From: the human T2T-CHM13v2.0 reference genome, Homo sapiens
DNA length: 64,000 bases
Strand: one strand, 5' to 3'
Assembly (NCBI RefSeq): GCF_009914755.1
Contig: NC_060942.1
A program made the translations under genes and the position numbers. Numbering within the stretch: position 1 is the stretch's first letter; every line of letters begins with the position of its first letter. A model generated the notes under the pieces. It had not been told where the DNA came from. It did not search any database and saw only the letters and a program-made list of their open reading frames with translations. Below, one piece after another: positions 1 to 16,074 of the stretch.

Positions 1-25
1 TCTCTGAATTAAGCTCACTGGACAC

Positions 26-34
26 ATATATATA

Positions 35-70
<36 letters not shown>
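26..70. repeat. Compound (TA)n(TG)n(TA)n microsatellite
   Basis: Directly visible. Confidence 0.95.
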
Positions 71-354
71 AAATTGTTAATGGCATTTTGATTTAGGCAT
101 TTTAGTAAATTTTCACTGTTATCAGAAATTTTATCTTGTCATCTATAGAGTAGACGGGCTGGACACTTTGGAGAACTTTTATAGTAACTGAATTGTACTA
201 CTTCATGATTTTGTAAAGAAAAGAGAAGGTAGAATTTTCTAGAATACTATTAAAGCTATGTAGTAGTCTCCAAGCCAGAGAAGTAAAAGCGGTTACTTTA
301 GGTAGTGTAAAGTTGGTTCCCATTCATTCTTGAAGGGAGATGGAGAGGAAGGGA

Positions 355-970
355 GGTAAATCAGTCAGGAAATAGAAACCACATCAGTTACCTAAACAGT
401 GGAAGTTTAATACAAAGAGCTTCTCACTAGCAGAAAATGATTAACTACTAAAAGAGGTAAAAAGAGACTCAGGGGTCCAGAGATACTGTGTGCAAAATAT
501 CAGCTACTACCTCGTCTAGGGTGCGGAAGAGTGGATAGTAAAGTGACTCAGGACTGGGAGAGGCCCTCCTCCAAGGCTAAGATTAGACTTCTTTAAAGAG
601 TCAGTGATTCCTAGGGGAACATCGGGCTTGTAGATAATGAAATTTGCCAAAGTGGCCTACCGCTGCCTGTGAGTGGAGGCAGCTTGGTGCTAATCTGGAA
701 GTTTCTTCAGGGATGGGGGCTAGAGCTGATGGGCTGGTCCAAGCTGGTCTATAGACACAGCCTGCCATTTTCCAAGGGTTAGGCCATCCACAGCAGCTTG
801 GGGAGGGAAGTGTTTTTCCCCTTGCCGGATCTCTCCATTGACCTCTATCAATGAAGCTTAACATTCTGCCAGCTGGCAAAGGACATGTTTCCAGAGTCCA
901 GCTCCAGTATTGCAAAGCAGTAGGTAAACAATGAATTTAGAGCTGAGATACTATACATTGCTAACTGTTC
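355..970. mobile_element. Ancient LTR remnant (ERVL/MaLR-like), family not assigned
   Basis: tcagtcaggaaatagaaaccac at one end and ctggcaaagga...gagctgagatactatacattgctaactg at the other resemble old mammalian LTR termini; GC richer than flanks. Confidence 0.45.
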
Positions 971-1077
971 TAGAAGGAATAATTTACTGTTATAATTCTA
1001 AATACAGTCTCATAAATCAAAACTTTCACATCACTAAAATTTTATTATCTGCTTGGTTCTTTATAATGCTAATCATG

Positions 1078-1207
1078 GGCTAGGCATGATGGCTCATGCC
1101 TGTAATCCCAGCACTTGGGGAGGCTGAGGCCGAAGGATTGCTTGAGGCCAGGAGTTTAACACCAGTGTGGGCATAGCAAGACCGTGTCTTTGAAAATTTT
1201 TAAAAAT
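1078..1207 (+). mobile_element. Alu left monomer (FLAM_C-like)
   Basis: ggctaggcatgatggctcatgcctgtaatcccagcac...; single arm; TSD ataatgctaat(c/t)at. Confidence 0.85.
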
Positions 1208-2550
1208 AATAATGCTAATTATATTCTCTATAAATAGTTATTATAATGTCATTGTCTTAAGTTTTGAAAGGACAATCCAGAAATTGTTCTCTATTTTGTT
1301 GCTTTCTGGGAAGTACTCTTATCATAGCTGGGTAGATCTCTAGGCAGTATAGTCATGGGGTAGGTTTGAAAACCAGGCCATGCCTCAAAAAATGAATTCT
1401 ACCTCTGTAGAGTAAGCACAACTAACTCCATTTTGCATTTACAGATAAATAAATGATGGTTGGCAACTGTTGTCCCCAAATTTGCATTTCAATGGCCTAG
1501 TAATGTCCCATCGCTTACCTAGTACTTCACAGGGATGTTAGTGATAAGGAATAATTAATGATCTGTTAACAAGATCACATCTTTGATTATAATGTACAAT
1601 AGATGTACAAATTCTATATTTAACTTTTATTTGCCTTTTAATTGCTATGGATTTCTGAGCCTGCTACTAGGTGCTTTATCAGACTGAAGAAATGGTCCCT
1701 ATAATCTCTTATCCTCAGTCCCAGTGGTCATTACAATGTATTTTCTCCAAAATAGAAAAGGCAACCTAGTTGCATTGTATGTTGTAAAATGTTGGAGTGC
1801 CATCCATTTTAGCTGCGGTTGTCAGTTCACTGGGACAGCATTCTGGGAGTAAAGAAAGAATAAAAATGGCAAGCAGAGGATTTACTAGTGTCTTTGTGTT
1901 CATGGTTTGAAGGGCAAATACTACTATTGGCAAGTGGAGAATTCTTCAGACTTTTAAGTGCTAGAGAAGAGTTTCAGGCTTGTTAAGCTCAAGCTCATTT
2001 AAAATTCTACTTTGTCTGACTGACCATCACATCACAAAGCAGTCTGCTCAGAATGTCACCAGTGTCAGTTCTGTGACCTCCGGAGCTGCATATAGCAGTT
2101 GGCTTGAGTTGAACAGGCCACTCTGCTTCTGGGAAGAGAAGAGTTCTGGGCAATAACACAAGTCCTAAAATATTGATGTGGCTACTTCTAAAGTATAGCA
2201 ATATTACATAGTTATATGCAGTGTGTCATTCAAGCTGTTTTCATTGCCCAGAAATCATAGTGCTGAGCCTATCTTTTGTCAATCAAGTTAATTTTGGTAA
2301 CTACAAAGTAGAGTTTGCCTTTGCGGACATTTATATAGGGACATGTATATATAATTATATAATGTGCTTATTTAAAAGCTATATTTTTTAAATGCTAGAC
2401 AAAGATTGAAATGTTATTGTCTTATTTAGTACCTCCCTTAAATCATGTACAGACAGACATCCAGGTAAACACAGATGGAAACTCTGTGATTTTTCTGTCT
2501 GAATGCCTGTGTTGCAGGTGTAGTGGTATTAAGGACTATTGTATCAAATA

Positions 2551-2630
2551 TTAACTTGTGTCATATGAAATTGCCATTTTTGAGGGTCAAAGATGGTCAA
2601 ATATTGGCTATTTCACATGGCTCATCCTAA
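2551..2630. mobile_element. MADE2-like mariner MITE (80 bp)
   Basis: Inverted arms catatgaaattgcc / ggctatttcacatg, exactly 80 bp, TA on both flanks. Confidence 0.8.
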
Positions 2631-3360
2631 TAGTAAATTTTCAACTGTGCTAGGATTTGGAAGTGCACCAGCTTTTTAAAGCAAATTATATAAACCAGAG
2701 CTCAAATTAACAACTGGACAAAAGACAGACAAGTATGATGTTAAGGGAAGTAAAAGGTAATGAGTGACTTATGACTCAGTCTTTTACTGCAGCAGCATAA
2801 GGAAGGTGTGACTCTCATCACTGTATCGATAGAAAGTGTTTTGGTTAACAGATTTTTTCATTCTCTCAAAAATGCGTTTTATGTCTAGGAATGTGTGAAT
2901 TTTTGCAGGTTCTTTCAAACTTGCTTACGTGGTTGCCCTCCTGACACACCACCCAGTAGGTTCTTATTTCAGAACCTTTCTGAAATAAATATTGGCCTTT
3001 CTGACTTAAATATCAAGGTGATTGCCCGTTGGCAGCATTGTGTATTAATGCCTTGGGTGGTAGTTACTTGCTTTTGTTTTATACTTAATAGCAACCTTGC
3101 CTAAAAACATACTAGAGAGTACCTCATCAACCGTTGAGGTTTTGCATCTTTTATTGGTCTGCCTTTATTTTCTGATATTTTCTAAAGATGGTGTTTCACT
3201 GAGGTCTTTTAATTCCATGAATGAAGTTGTAATTAGTTTGGTATTATTTTTAATAATCTTCATTCTGGTGGTAAAATTCACTTGTTGTTTTGAGAGTTGA
3301 GCTGTGGATAGTAAGTATCCATTAATAAAACAGTAGCCAATTGGTATATTTGTTTTTCAT

Positions 3361-3679
3361 TTTATTTTTATTATTTATTTATTTATTTATTTACTTTGAG
3401 AAGGAGTCTTGCCCTGTCACCCAGGCTGGAATGCAGTGACGTGATCTCGACTCACTGCAGCCTCCGCCACCTGGGTTCAAGTGATTCTTCTGCCTCAGCC
3501 TCCCGAGTAGCTGGGATTACAGGCATGTGCCACCATGCCTGGCTAATTTTTGTATTTTTAGTAGAGACAGGGTTTCACCATGTTGGCCAGGCTGGTCTTG
3601 AACTCCTGACCTCAAGTGATGCGCACTCCTCGGCCTCCCAAAGTGCTGGGATTACAGATGTGAGCCACCACACCCAGCC
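3361..3679 (-). mobile_element. AluS (Sx/Sz-like), antisense
   Basis: Full dimer with (TTTA)n tail on the left. Confidence 0.95.
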
Positions 3680-4034
3680 ATTTTTCCATTTTCAATGGAA
3701 GTTGGATTTGGTGTTCTGTCAGATTCAAGAAAATTACTATGGACCACAAGTAGATTCCTTGCCATCTCACTGGTGATAAGCAATCATTTTGTTCTGTTAT
3801 CCAGAAATGAAGTTATTTTAAAAATTTGGTTGTGACCTCGTTTGATTCCACCTTCCATGGTTCAAAATCTAGCTAAATTACAATGTGCTATTCAGAGAAT
3901 TTTTTATTTCCTGACTCACAGCTTAACCTTTAAAGTGCGGTTAATGCAGTGTTTAGTTAATGCATTGTTTAAAGTTGATGGATTGATAAATTTGCAGAAC
4001 TCTTTTATCTTAAATATGAGAATGCTCAAAATAA

Positions 4035-4330
<296 letters not shown>

Positions 4331-5100
4331 TCATAATAATTTTTAATGCAGTGTATTTTTCAAAACCTCAGCTATTAGTATAGTTTTTAATTAGAAGTGT
4401 TCTGCATTTAAGCTTAATTACCTCTAAACTTGCTAACAATAATAGCCTAACTTTTGGGGCAACAATATGTTTTTTGTAGCCTTTTGATTTCAAGATACTC
4501 ATGATTTTTTATGTGACATTATTAGGTTTTTACAATTATTGCCCCTGTGCAGAGTGGAGAGTGGCAGCCATTCCTGCTTTCCACATGTGGAAACCAAGAT
4601 AAAGAATGCACTTTCTTCCTGACAGAAAGAAAGAATCCATGTGCAGAGTCTTTTGCTCTTATTTAGGATTATTAAGTGACTATGTGTAAGCTCATGTTTG
4701 AATACATTATCTTGCTTAGGAAACTCACCTTCAATTAACCCTTTTTTTTGAGCTTCTTCCCTGAAAATGCCAGAATCTTTGTGGTGTGGTCATCTCCAGA
4801 TGAACTAGAGAACATTAACAAATTGTTATATAAAACAGTGAGAGAACCATGGAAGGAATGACGCAGCTACTTATTAGGGCAAATGTTCTCCAGGCAAAAA
4901 ATTGACCCGAAGCCGTTACAAACATAAGAAGAAAGTAGATAGATAGTCTCACAGATTGAAAGGTAAGTGTGGCTTAGAGAGTATGAAAAAGGTAGGACTT
5001 TGGTGAAGACAATTAAACCTAAAATTTAAGGAGTATCTTACCTGAAACAATAAGGAACTTGTAGACTGTATTATTTCCCTTTATGATTATAGACAATTTC

Positions 5101-5409
5101 TGTTTGTTTATTTTGTTTTATTCTGTTTTGAGATAGTCTTGCTCTGTCATCCAGTTTAGAGTGCAGTGGCACCATCTTGGCTCACCCCAACCTCCACCTC
5201 CTGGGTTCAAGAGATTCTCATGCCTCAGCCTCCCGAGTAGCTGGGACTACAGTTTTGCACCACCACACCCAGCTAGTTTCTGTATTTTTAGTAGAGACAG
5301 GGTTTCTCCATGTTGGCCAGGCTGGTCTTGAGCTCCTGGCCTCAAGTGATCTGCCCACCTCAGCCTCCCAAAGTGCTGGGATTACAGGCATGAGCCACTG
5401 TGCCTGGTG
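5101..5409 (-). mobile_element. Alu (Sz/J-like), antisense
   Basis: Full dimer; perfect 16-bp TSD tgattatagacaattt at 5084-5099 and 5410-5425. Confidence 0.95.
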
Positions 5410-5639
5410 TGATTATAGACAATTTTCAGAAGATATTGATAAGGATTTCTGCTTAGCTTCTGACTACTTTTATTCTAGAGGATTAAGAGTTACAAATGTA
5501 CCCTGAGAACTTACAATTCAAGGAAAATCTTTTATATTTAGTAGCAGTAACTACATGAAATTTTATTTATATTTATTATGAAACTATATATATATATATA
5601 TCATATGAAATTATACAGGTGCTAAAAGAAATGTAATTT

Positions 5640-6850
<1,211 letters not shown>

Positions 6851-6915
6851 TAAGATTGGCACTGGCTGTCACACAGAATAGTGAACTTCATGCCACTGGA
6901 CTGTGTTCTGCATCT

Positions 6916-7000
6916 CTAGGTCTGCAGTGGAGCTAAGAATTTGTGTTTTCATTAAGCTCATCAGGTGATTCTCAATACCAACCAGGGTTAGAACCCTCTG
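6916..7000. mobile_element. MER5-like hAT fragment
   Basis: agaatttgtgttttcattaagctcatcaggtgattct...ttagaaccctctg. Confidence 0.6.
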
Positions 7001-7546
7001 GGCCGGATTATCTGTTAAGATTCTTTTTCACTCAGCTTTCCAAGTCTGTGTGTTTTTTAATGGTATAAAGATGTGCTACAGAGATTCAAGAACAAAATAG
7101 CTGGGGTGACCATCTGTTTCCTTTATTTTGGTAAAAAAAGTAAAACTGAACTGAGACCTTGAAAAATGCTTAAAATATGGACGGTGAAGTGTGAATCAAT
7201 TCTTTCATTCCACAAATATTTTTTAGTGCTTCCTCAATGCCAGAGAGTATGTTAAGCATTGGGGTATGGTTGTGATCAAAATGGTTAAAATGACAACAGT
7301 TATAATGACAATAACTTTGAACCTCACTTCTTATGGATGCCTTCTATTACCATGGAGGGAATGCCGGTTTTTGAGACAGGAGCTTTGGATTCTGGACGTG
7401 CCGTGACGCTTGGCTCTTTAGTGTGGAGTAAACCATAATAACCTCTTTGAGGTTTGATTTTCTGATCTGCCTAATAAGATTGTACCCTTCTAGCTCTTGG
7501 CTTTTGTAAAATAGGCATGAAGATATTTTGTTGTAATCTTTAGCTA

Positions 7547-7880
7547 TTCTCTTAGTCTACTTGGGCTGCTATAACAAAATACTTTAGGCTCGGTAATTTA
7601 TTAAAAAACAGAAATGTATTGCTCGGCAGTTCTGAAGGCTAGGAAGTCCAAGGTAAAGACTCTAGTGGATTCAGTATCTGGTGAGGGCCTGTTCCTCATG
7701 GATGGTGCCTTCCTCCTGAGAGTCCTCACTTGGTAGAAAGGGTGAACAAACTCCCTCAGGCTTCTTTTGTAAAGGCACTAATCTCATTAGTGCCCAGGAC
7801 CCCCACCTCGTAATACCATCACCTTGGGGGTTACATTTCAACATATGATTTTGGGAGGCTACAAACATGCAGAACAGCAG
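7547..7880 (-). mobile_element. MaLR solo LTR (MLT1A-like)
   Basis: cttagtctacttgggctgctataacaaaatac...cagttctgaaggctaggaagtccaagg...tttcaacatatgattttgggagg. Confidence 0.85.
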
Positions 7881-8529
7881 CTGTATATGCGGATGTGGTA
7901 GGTGGGACCGAATGGCTTTTTGGCACTATCGATAACCATAACATCTGTTTGTCATTGAGGGTGGGAGTGTATTCTCTTTTCTTCTGCCTCTATAATATAG
8001 TTCTATAAACATGCATTTAAGCTTGTATAGTTAGATTCTCTCCATAAGCTGAAACTGGTCTGATTTTAAGCTCATTTACTGTCTTAGAACAGAATTGATC
8101 TTGCTTTCACATTTGATTCACCCTCCACAGACTTCGAGAGGAAGAAAAATAGTATTGCTAGTTCAGTTTAACTAGGCCAGAGTTAACAGGGCAAAGGCTG
8201 GGAAACCAGTTTTTGGAATATTGGTTTGCCTTTCTCTGACTTATTTTTATGTGCTAATACATGTTGATCATTCAAATTAATTTCTGCCATCTTTGGGAAA
8301 CTCTGCCAATCAAGCTTTTCACTTTTCATACATGTTAAAATGATTCAGCACTTCTTTGATTACGAACCCAGTTTATAGTTGCTGGGATCATCTGGAGAAA
8401 ACAATATGGTGTATTTCATTTGCAATATTAAACATAAAACTCCTTTGCAGATAGCATCCTAAGTGTGGAATATGACATACATTATTACTTTCAAACAAGT
8501 ATTGTATATAATATAATGGTCAGACAGAG

Positions 8530-8710
8530 GCTGTCAAGTCAGGTCAACCTTATTTTGGCAATTCAAACAGTATAATCTAGAATAAGTTATTTAGGTTTTG
8601 GAGAAGTAATTTTTCTCATATTCAAAATTGAAACTACTATCATCTCCCTCACAAGTCTGTTTTCAGAAATGAGTGAAATACTACATGTAAACACCCAGCA
8701 CAGGACCTAC
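8530..8710 (+). mobile_element. MIR
   Basis: ttttctcatattcaaaattg...aaatgagtgaaatactacatgtaaacacccagcacag resembles the MIR core and tail. Confidence 0.6.
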
Positions 8711-9039
8711 CAGGTGGACTGCCACCTACCAGTCAGTCAGCAAATAAAATTTCCCTGTTTCCCTCTTTCCTTCCCATCATTCAATCATTGCACTGTTTTT
8801 TCTTAGTTTGATAACATGCTTTATAGTATTTTTAAAGGATCGGAGTCCAATAAGTTTTCCTTTGTAAAAAATAGTCAATTTTCAAGTCTAAGTATAATTT
8901 CCAGATAAATATCTGTGATTGAAGAAAGTAACTAAGGAACCGTTTATCTGTACATATGTACAGGAGTATGGAGGGAGAGGCATATAATATATCAAGAGTC
9001 TACCCTGTGTTATTTTTACTCCTATCTGTTCAAGAATAG

Positions 9040-9150
9040 GTCTTACCTCTGTCTCATTTTATCTCATTGAATGAGGAAACTTATACCCAGTTTGTTACCC
9101 AAGATCAAACAGTTACCAAATATTAAGCTTGGGATTAGAATCCAGGTCTT
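9040..9150 (-). mobile_element. MIR fragment
   Basis: atgaggaaact...cccaagatcaaacagtta...gggattagaatccagg. Confidence 0.6.
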
Positions 9151-12100
9151 ACTTAATAGCTCTCTCCTACCATCCATAGATTTTTAGTCACTGGAGAGAG
9201 AAAGAAGGGTAGCATTTGGCTTCTGGGTGGAAAGGGGAAGGGGCAAGATGTGGAGTGAGGGAATATATCTGGATTGTCTGGAGGACTTTTAAAAATTATA
9301 CTCCCTCCAGTTTTGGAACATTTTGCCATTTTAAAACATGGTTTGGTAATGTCATATTCTTCAGGTATGTTGGGGTAGAGGAAAAGATTGTGCACTATTG
9401 TTCTGTGATATACTGCCTAGACATGAAATTATTATAGAAATAATTATAGCAAGTTAAACTCATACATGGTTGTAAAGTTTGAAAAATACTTTGACAGCCT
9501 TATTTATTTTTCTTTATTGCTCCTAGACAATTTTGAAGTATTTGGACATTTTTATATGTTTTATATATAACATAAGAAGTGAATACCGTATTATGTTATT
9601 TTAGGTTATGCTTAGCTATCAATGGCAATAGAATAACAGAAAAATATATTAATATTTCTTATTTTGGTTTACAGTATTCTTTCACCTTTTATTAAAAATG
9701 AAGATGGTGTTATAGTGCTTTTCAGTCTAAATTTGATTATATGGAACAATTAGCTAATGAAAACTAAGCCATTTGCTGCTATTTTGCAAATTTAGTAAAA
9801 GAGGAGTTATATTTGAGGGAAAACTTAGGAAATATTAAAACCATACACTAGCCAATAAGGTATGAGGCAACTAATTGCTTCCTGTCCCTTTTGAAATTGC
9901 TCAGCCTGAAAAAAGATAGCACATATTGATTTACTGTATAGTAAATGTCCCATTGTTTCTCTCCCTTTAACATCCAGACACACACACACCCTGCCATACA
10001 TATGTACATGGCAGTAGCAGCAAGAGCTGCATATCTGACAATTTCTTCCTTCAAACTTACATAATAACAAAATTAGGATGGAATATTTTCTTCCTTTGTA
10101 AAAGAAAATTGCATAAAAGTATTAAAATGTTCAAAAGTGAACAGGAGTGTAGTGTTATAAATTCATGACATGTTTGTTTAAGCTCAAAAGATAAACAAGT
10201 TCCCAAGGGAAAATAAATATTTCCTGATAATGTAATCTCAGTCTGTCATATATGTTAGTAGCTTCTATAGATATGAATATATGATATTAGAAGCAATGTA
10301 AAAACTTAGCCTGTATTTGATAATTTTTGGGGAAGTTGATATGAAGATTATGCAGACTCAAATGGTACTCTCCAATGTGGTCTTTCACTCTATTTCAGAA
10401 ATGGCCCACTAATCTAGAGAATGAAAGTTTTAGTCATATGATATGGTATGTTTTCACTCCTGTATAGATTTTTGTCCTGCTATTTGTGATTTTTCTCCAA
10501 GCATTTAATTTTTTTTCAACATAGACTTTGAAATGCTAGTTGTAATTGTCCTAAAGCCAAATCAGTAAAATTAGTGAGAAGTTCCAAAAACATCCAGATT
10601 TTATAAAGCAAGCTTCTCTAAAGGGTAATCTCATGTAAACATATAGATTTCAGAAGTACAGTAGCATGTTATGCTTCTTTTTTGTCTTAAATGAATGTAA
10701 ATTATCTAAGATTTTTAATTGTCTGTGATTTCAGTTTCTATAGCTCAGATAGTCGGGAATTCATATTATAGTATCTTGTGCTTTATCTTGAAAGGATCAG
10801 CGCATCCTTATTTGTAGAAGGGAGAGTATTTTGTGATTGACGTGACTTTTCCTTTGTCATATTCTGTTACTTAAAAGTTATTGTATATCCTTTTGTTAAA
10901 AAATATTTCTTTGGAAATATATTTGCCTTCCCTCTTTGTTTGACATTGACATCTCTTCCAGAAAGAGCCCTGCTGCAGATTTTCATAGAGCTTTGTTGAG
11001 GCCTGTCTTGTAAATACACCAGCACCCCTTTCATCCCAGAATTCTGAGCGTGGGCTTGCTGCTGTGGTCAGGCTGGGAACTACTGGCGAGTTCCCATTAA
11101 CACAGCCACCACTTCTGGGTTAGATAATGGACTCAAAGGTTAAGAGCAGAAGATCTCAACAGCTCCAATCAGCAGGGCTTTTCCAGGGCTAATTACCTCT
11201 TTACTGCGCTGACTCTAATGTGACATGTTTATTGCCTTAACTAACAACTCATTAGCTTAGTTGATGTTTTTGTCAATATTAATTCGTTCATTTAAGCCAA
11301 GTCAAAGCTTAAACAAAGATGTCCAGACTGAGAAACGGGCAGCAGAGTGACTTTTGTTTGCTCATCTTTTTTCCCCCTTACTCAATTTCAATAAAATAAA
11401 TGTGTAGAAAGGAAACATTTAAAGTGCTTGTATTGAGAATGTCAGTGTTTGTCCATTTACCAACATGTAAAACAATTCTGAATTTATTTCTCCTACACTT
11501 ACTCTAGTATCCATATCACAGTGTACTGAGTATTTAGTGTCCACCAAGGGCATACTTATCTGGGGTCTTTGACTGTGTATGCGTAAAGGGTTAACACTCA
11601 GCAATTCCTTGTTCCAGTTGAGTCCTTTACTGTGGTTATTAGAAAAGAGATCAAATAATTTTTCATATGATTTTAATCTCCACTGGACTACCTATAAGAT
11701 CACTTTGAGATTTATCTTGTAATGATAGCTTACTTAATTAGCTTATGTGAATTATTTAAAAGAAGAGACAATTATGAAGTTATAATGAAATACTTCTTTT
11801 CAGTTTCTTGCCATATTTTTGGTTGACATTAATGGCATTTCTTTGGAGAATGTCATTGTTTGGGTTTTATGTACTTTTTAATAATACTTTAATTCTTAAC
11901 TCTCTACATTAGCGCGAATGGATAAAAAACTGAGCATGAGCCTTTGACTGAGTGGTAAGTTCATCACTTTGGGGAGGTACATTGACACCATCAGAACCCT
12001 GGAATCTGTGGCAAGCCCCCCTTCACGGATGTTTAATGGTGTATGGGTGACCAGAAAGGGTGAAGATGCATTCCTGTAGAAATCAGAAGTGAGTGAGTGA

Positions 12101-12803
12101 AGCTGGAGTGTTAGGTGAGTTTTATCCCTGGGAAGGCCAGAGACTCACTCTGATTGGTTGATTCCTGGAGGTGGTCAGGCCCAGAGGAGGCTGATAGAAG
12201 CAATGGATAGAACATGGACTGCTACTTCATTTTTAGTGAGAAATCCGTGTCACATAAACCAGAGACACTCATATCCATTTCATCCACCATTCTCTTCCTA
12301 TAGAAGGTTACAGGAACACCAAGTTTAACATCATGATTAATAAGTGATCTCTGAATTGAGCTCACTGCACCAAATTATCAGTAGCCATAGGAAATCATTG
12401 TCACAGGAGATCTATATAATTGTGTACATTCTATACTAAATACTCTGACTAAATTTACCTTCTCTGCTTTCTCAGCTACCATTCTTTCCTGAATTTGCTT
12501 CAACCAGGCTTTCCTGCCTTTCACCCTACTAAAATCTTTTTGTGAGGTTACCATTGGCTTATAAATTGCCAAATCCAATGAGTGATTCTCAGCCCTTGTC
12601 TCAGGCTCTTGGTAGCATATGATAATTCCAACTATGTTAAACCTTGACACTTTCTTCACTTGTTTTCAGTGACATCATCTCCTGCTTTTCACCCACCTCA
12701 TTGGCCACTTGTACTCAGTCTTGACATTGCTTTTCAACCTGTAAAAGTTCTTCAGTATCTACATTAATTCTGTAGGTATCACATCCAGTTCCATGGCCTC
12801 TGA

Positions 12804-13129
<326 letters not shown>

Positions 13130-13464
13130 TAATTTTAATTCTAGTGCTGGTTTCTGTATTGGTCTCCAGATTTGTGTATCCAGTGACTTAGCTGACACCC
13201 ACCCTTAAATGTTTGATGCGTATCTAAAGTTTGAAATGTCCCAAAACTAAACTTTGGATAACTGCCCCTTGCTTCAAAACAACAAGAGGAAACTCTTCTT
13301 CTCTCTTATTATCGTTTCACTACATGTAACCACCATTCACCTAATTGTTTATGCCCAATTTTTGAGAATCATACTTTCTTTCTGTCATGACTACATCTAA
13401 TCCCTAAATTAATCCTGTCCACTCTATCTTTAAAAAAAAATGTTTTTAATCTAGAATTCAGACA

Positions 13465-13769
<305 letters not shown>

Positions 13770-16074
13770 TCAGACAGTTATCACTACTCCATGACTCCTG
13801 TTATAGTCCAACCCCAGCATTCTGTCTTGCCTGAGCCGTTGGGAGCCTCTCAGTAGGCCTCCCTAATTTTACTCTTGCCCCACTACGGTCTATTCCATAC
13901 ACAGGACCCAGCTGCTTTCAAGTTGAAAGCAGTCTGCATCACTGTCCTCCACATAACCTTCCACAAGTTTCTCATGACACTTAGAATAAAACCCCACATT
14001 TAAAAGGCCCAGCATGATCCATCCCGCAGCTACCTCTGTGACTTCATGTCCTACCACTCTGCCTTGTTCACTGCCATCCGGCCACACTGGACGTTTTGCT
14101 GTCCCTCAGAGATCCCAGGCAGGCTCCTGCCTCAGGGCCCTTTGTGCTTCTCCCACAGATACTCACACGATTCTCTTTCATCTCACTCAAGTCTTTGTTC
14201 AAATGTCACCTTCTGCAGAGTCCTTCCCTGTCTGTCACTTTCTAGGATCTTACCCTGCTTTATTTTTCTTCACAGCACTTAGTGCCACTTGATATATTTG
14301 TTTATTTGGTTTGTATGTCCCAACTAGAAGATAAGCTTCAGAAGAGCATAGACTTTTGTAAATCTGCACTTAAAATAGGGCCTGGTACACAGCAGGCACT
14401 CAGTAAATACGAAATGAATAATAGGATCATTCAGCTAATAGGTGCTCGAGCTAGAACTGAAACCTGGCTGTTCTCTTGTCTGTCTCCCTTCCTCCCTCCT
14501 TCCATCTCTTTCGCTCATGCCATTCAATAGTCCTCCCGCTTTTGGGAAGGGGATATAGAAGTGTTCGGACTATTCAATTAAAGATTCAGTAGGTTAATGG
14601 ATTTTTTTTAACACCTCTTTGACCGCATAAACATCTGTTTCTGTTATTTACTTCTTTATTGCTGATCCCCTGACCATCAAACAATCAGCACTTTTTACCT
14701 TCCCTAGGTAGAAGACGGCTACATGCATTAAGTAACATCATTTTGCTCATTTATAGGAAGCTAAGACTGTCTCATATTTTGGTCTGCCATCCAAAATACA
14801 TTATACCGAAAGCAAAATGAGATTAAATTTCCCTACATGACACAACTTAATTTGAAATTCAGCAGAACAGAAAAAAATGTGCTTTAAATCAAAGAGAATT
14901 TGGATTTTATACTCTTCTGATTATAGGACAGGAAATAGCTAACTACTTTGAAGACTGTTTTGATTAAACTGATGTTAATGAATTTTAAAATATCTTTATT
15001 AAATTAATTTCTTAATTTAACAGTTATTGTATGCTTTCTATTAAAAGAAATGACTTATTTTTATGCAGTACAGGATATAAAAAGTTTGAAAACAATTTTT
15101 AATAATTGCATTAACACAAAGCTTCTAGTTATAGAAGTGTTTCTCAATCCATATTCATAAATAATGGGTACCTTGGAATTATTTTTAATTAAATCAAGGA
15201 TGTGTATAAAGCAAAGAAATAGAATTCTAGATGGCACTGTGCCATCCTTGTTCTTTGATGGACATTAGCAAGTGGGAAAAGGCTTCATTCACTTGGTTAC
15301 ACTTTGAAATAAGTGGCCAATCATTATTAATTCATTTTGCACTCATTGTAATGGCATAAATCATCATAAATTCATTTGGTTTAAAGTGCATATAATATAT
15401 TCTCCCATAGGAATTTGGTTGTAATTGAGCTACTAATTAAAGTATTTTTAAAATATGACCTTTTTCCCCTTCTTCACTATTCAGATCCAGCAACCTGCAG
15501 TGGCTGTGTCTTCATTGATGATTTTCTTTTAAGTATGAGGAATGAAATTGTCTTAACTAGGCCAGCTGACTAGCCTAGGGGGGACCAAAGCCCGAGAAAG
15601 TAGTTATTTGTGTTTCCTACCAGCAGACAGCAGTAATACTCATGAATTATCCCTCAGGGGTGTTTGAAAAATTCTCTAAAACTCTCTGGTTTTGTAATAA
15701 TTCTATTAAGAAAATGTTATTCTCCCTAGTAAACATGGTTTGACTCGTTTTAATTTCTAATCCTAAAAACTCCTCTCTCTGGCCAATGGTCTTCTGTTAG
15801 CATTGGTTGCCATTCAATCCAAGTTCCCTTGCCTCTAGCGAGGGACCCTTTGTCATGAAGGAGTTCTCCCCTCCTCCTTTCTGTGTACCATCCGTCCACA
15901 TTTTCCTCCGTCAGCCTCCTCAGTAATCCACTGCCTGTCACTGTCTTCTAATGGGTGTACTGGCGGTTTATGGGGGCTTATGATGGCTGGTTCTAGAAAC
16001 TTCCTGCGGGTAACTGCAGATTCCTATGAGGTCTTTGGGTTTAAGGGAAACATCAAGGGAAAACTTAGACAAAA

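Noticed and set aside
4894-4968. Perfect donor AAG|gtaagt at 4962/4963 with a possible acceptor at 4893
   Set aside because: Poor pyrimidine tract and an in-frame TAG; isolated consensus donors are expected by chance in long introns.
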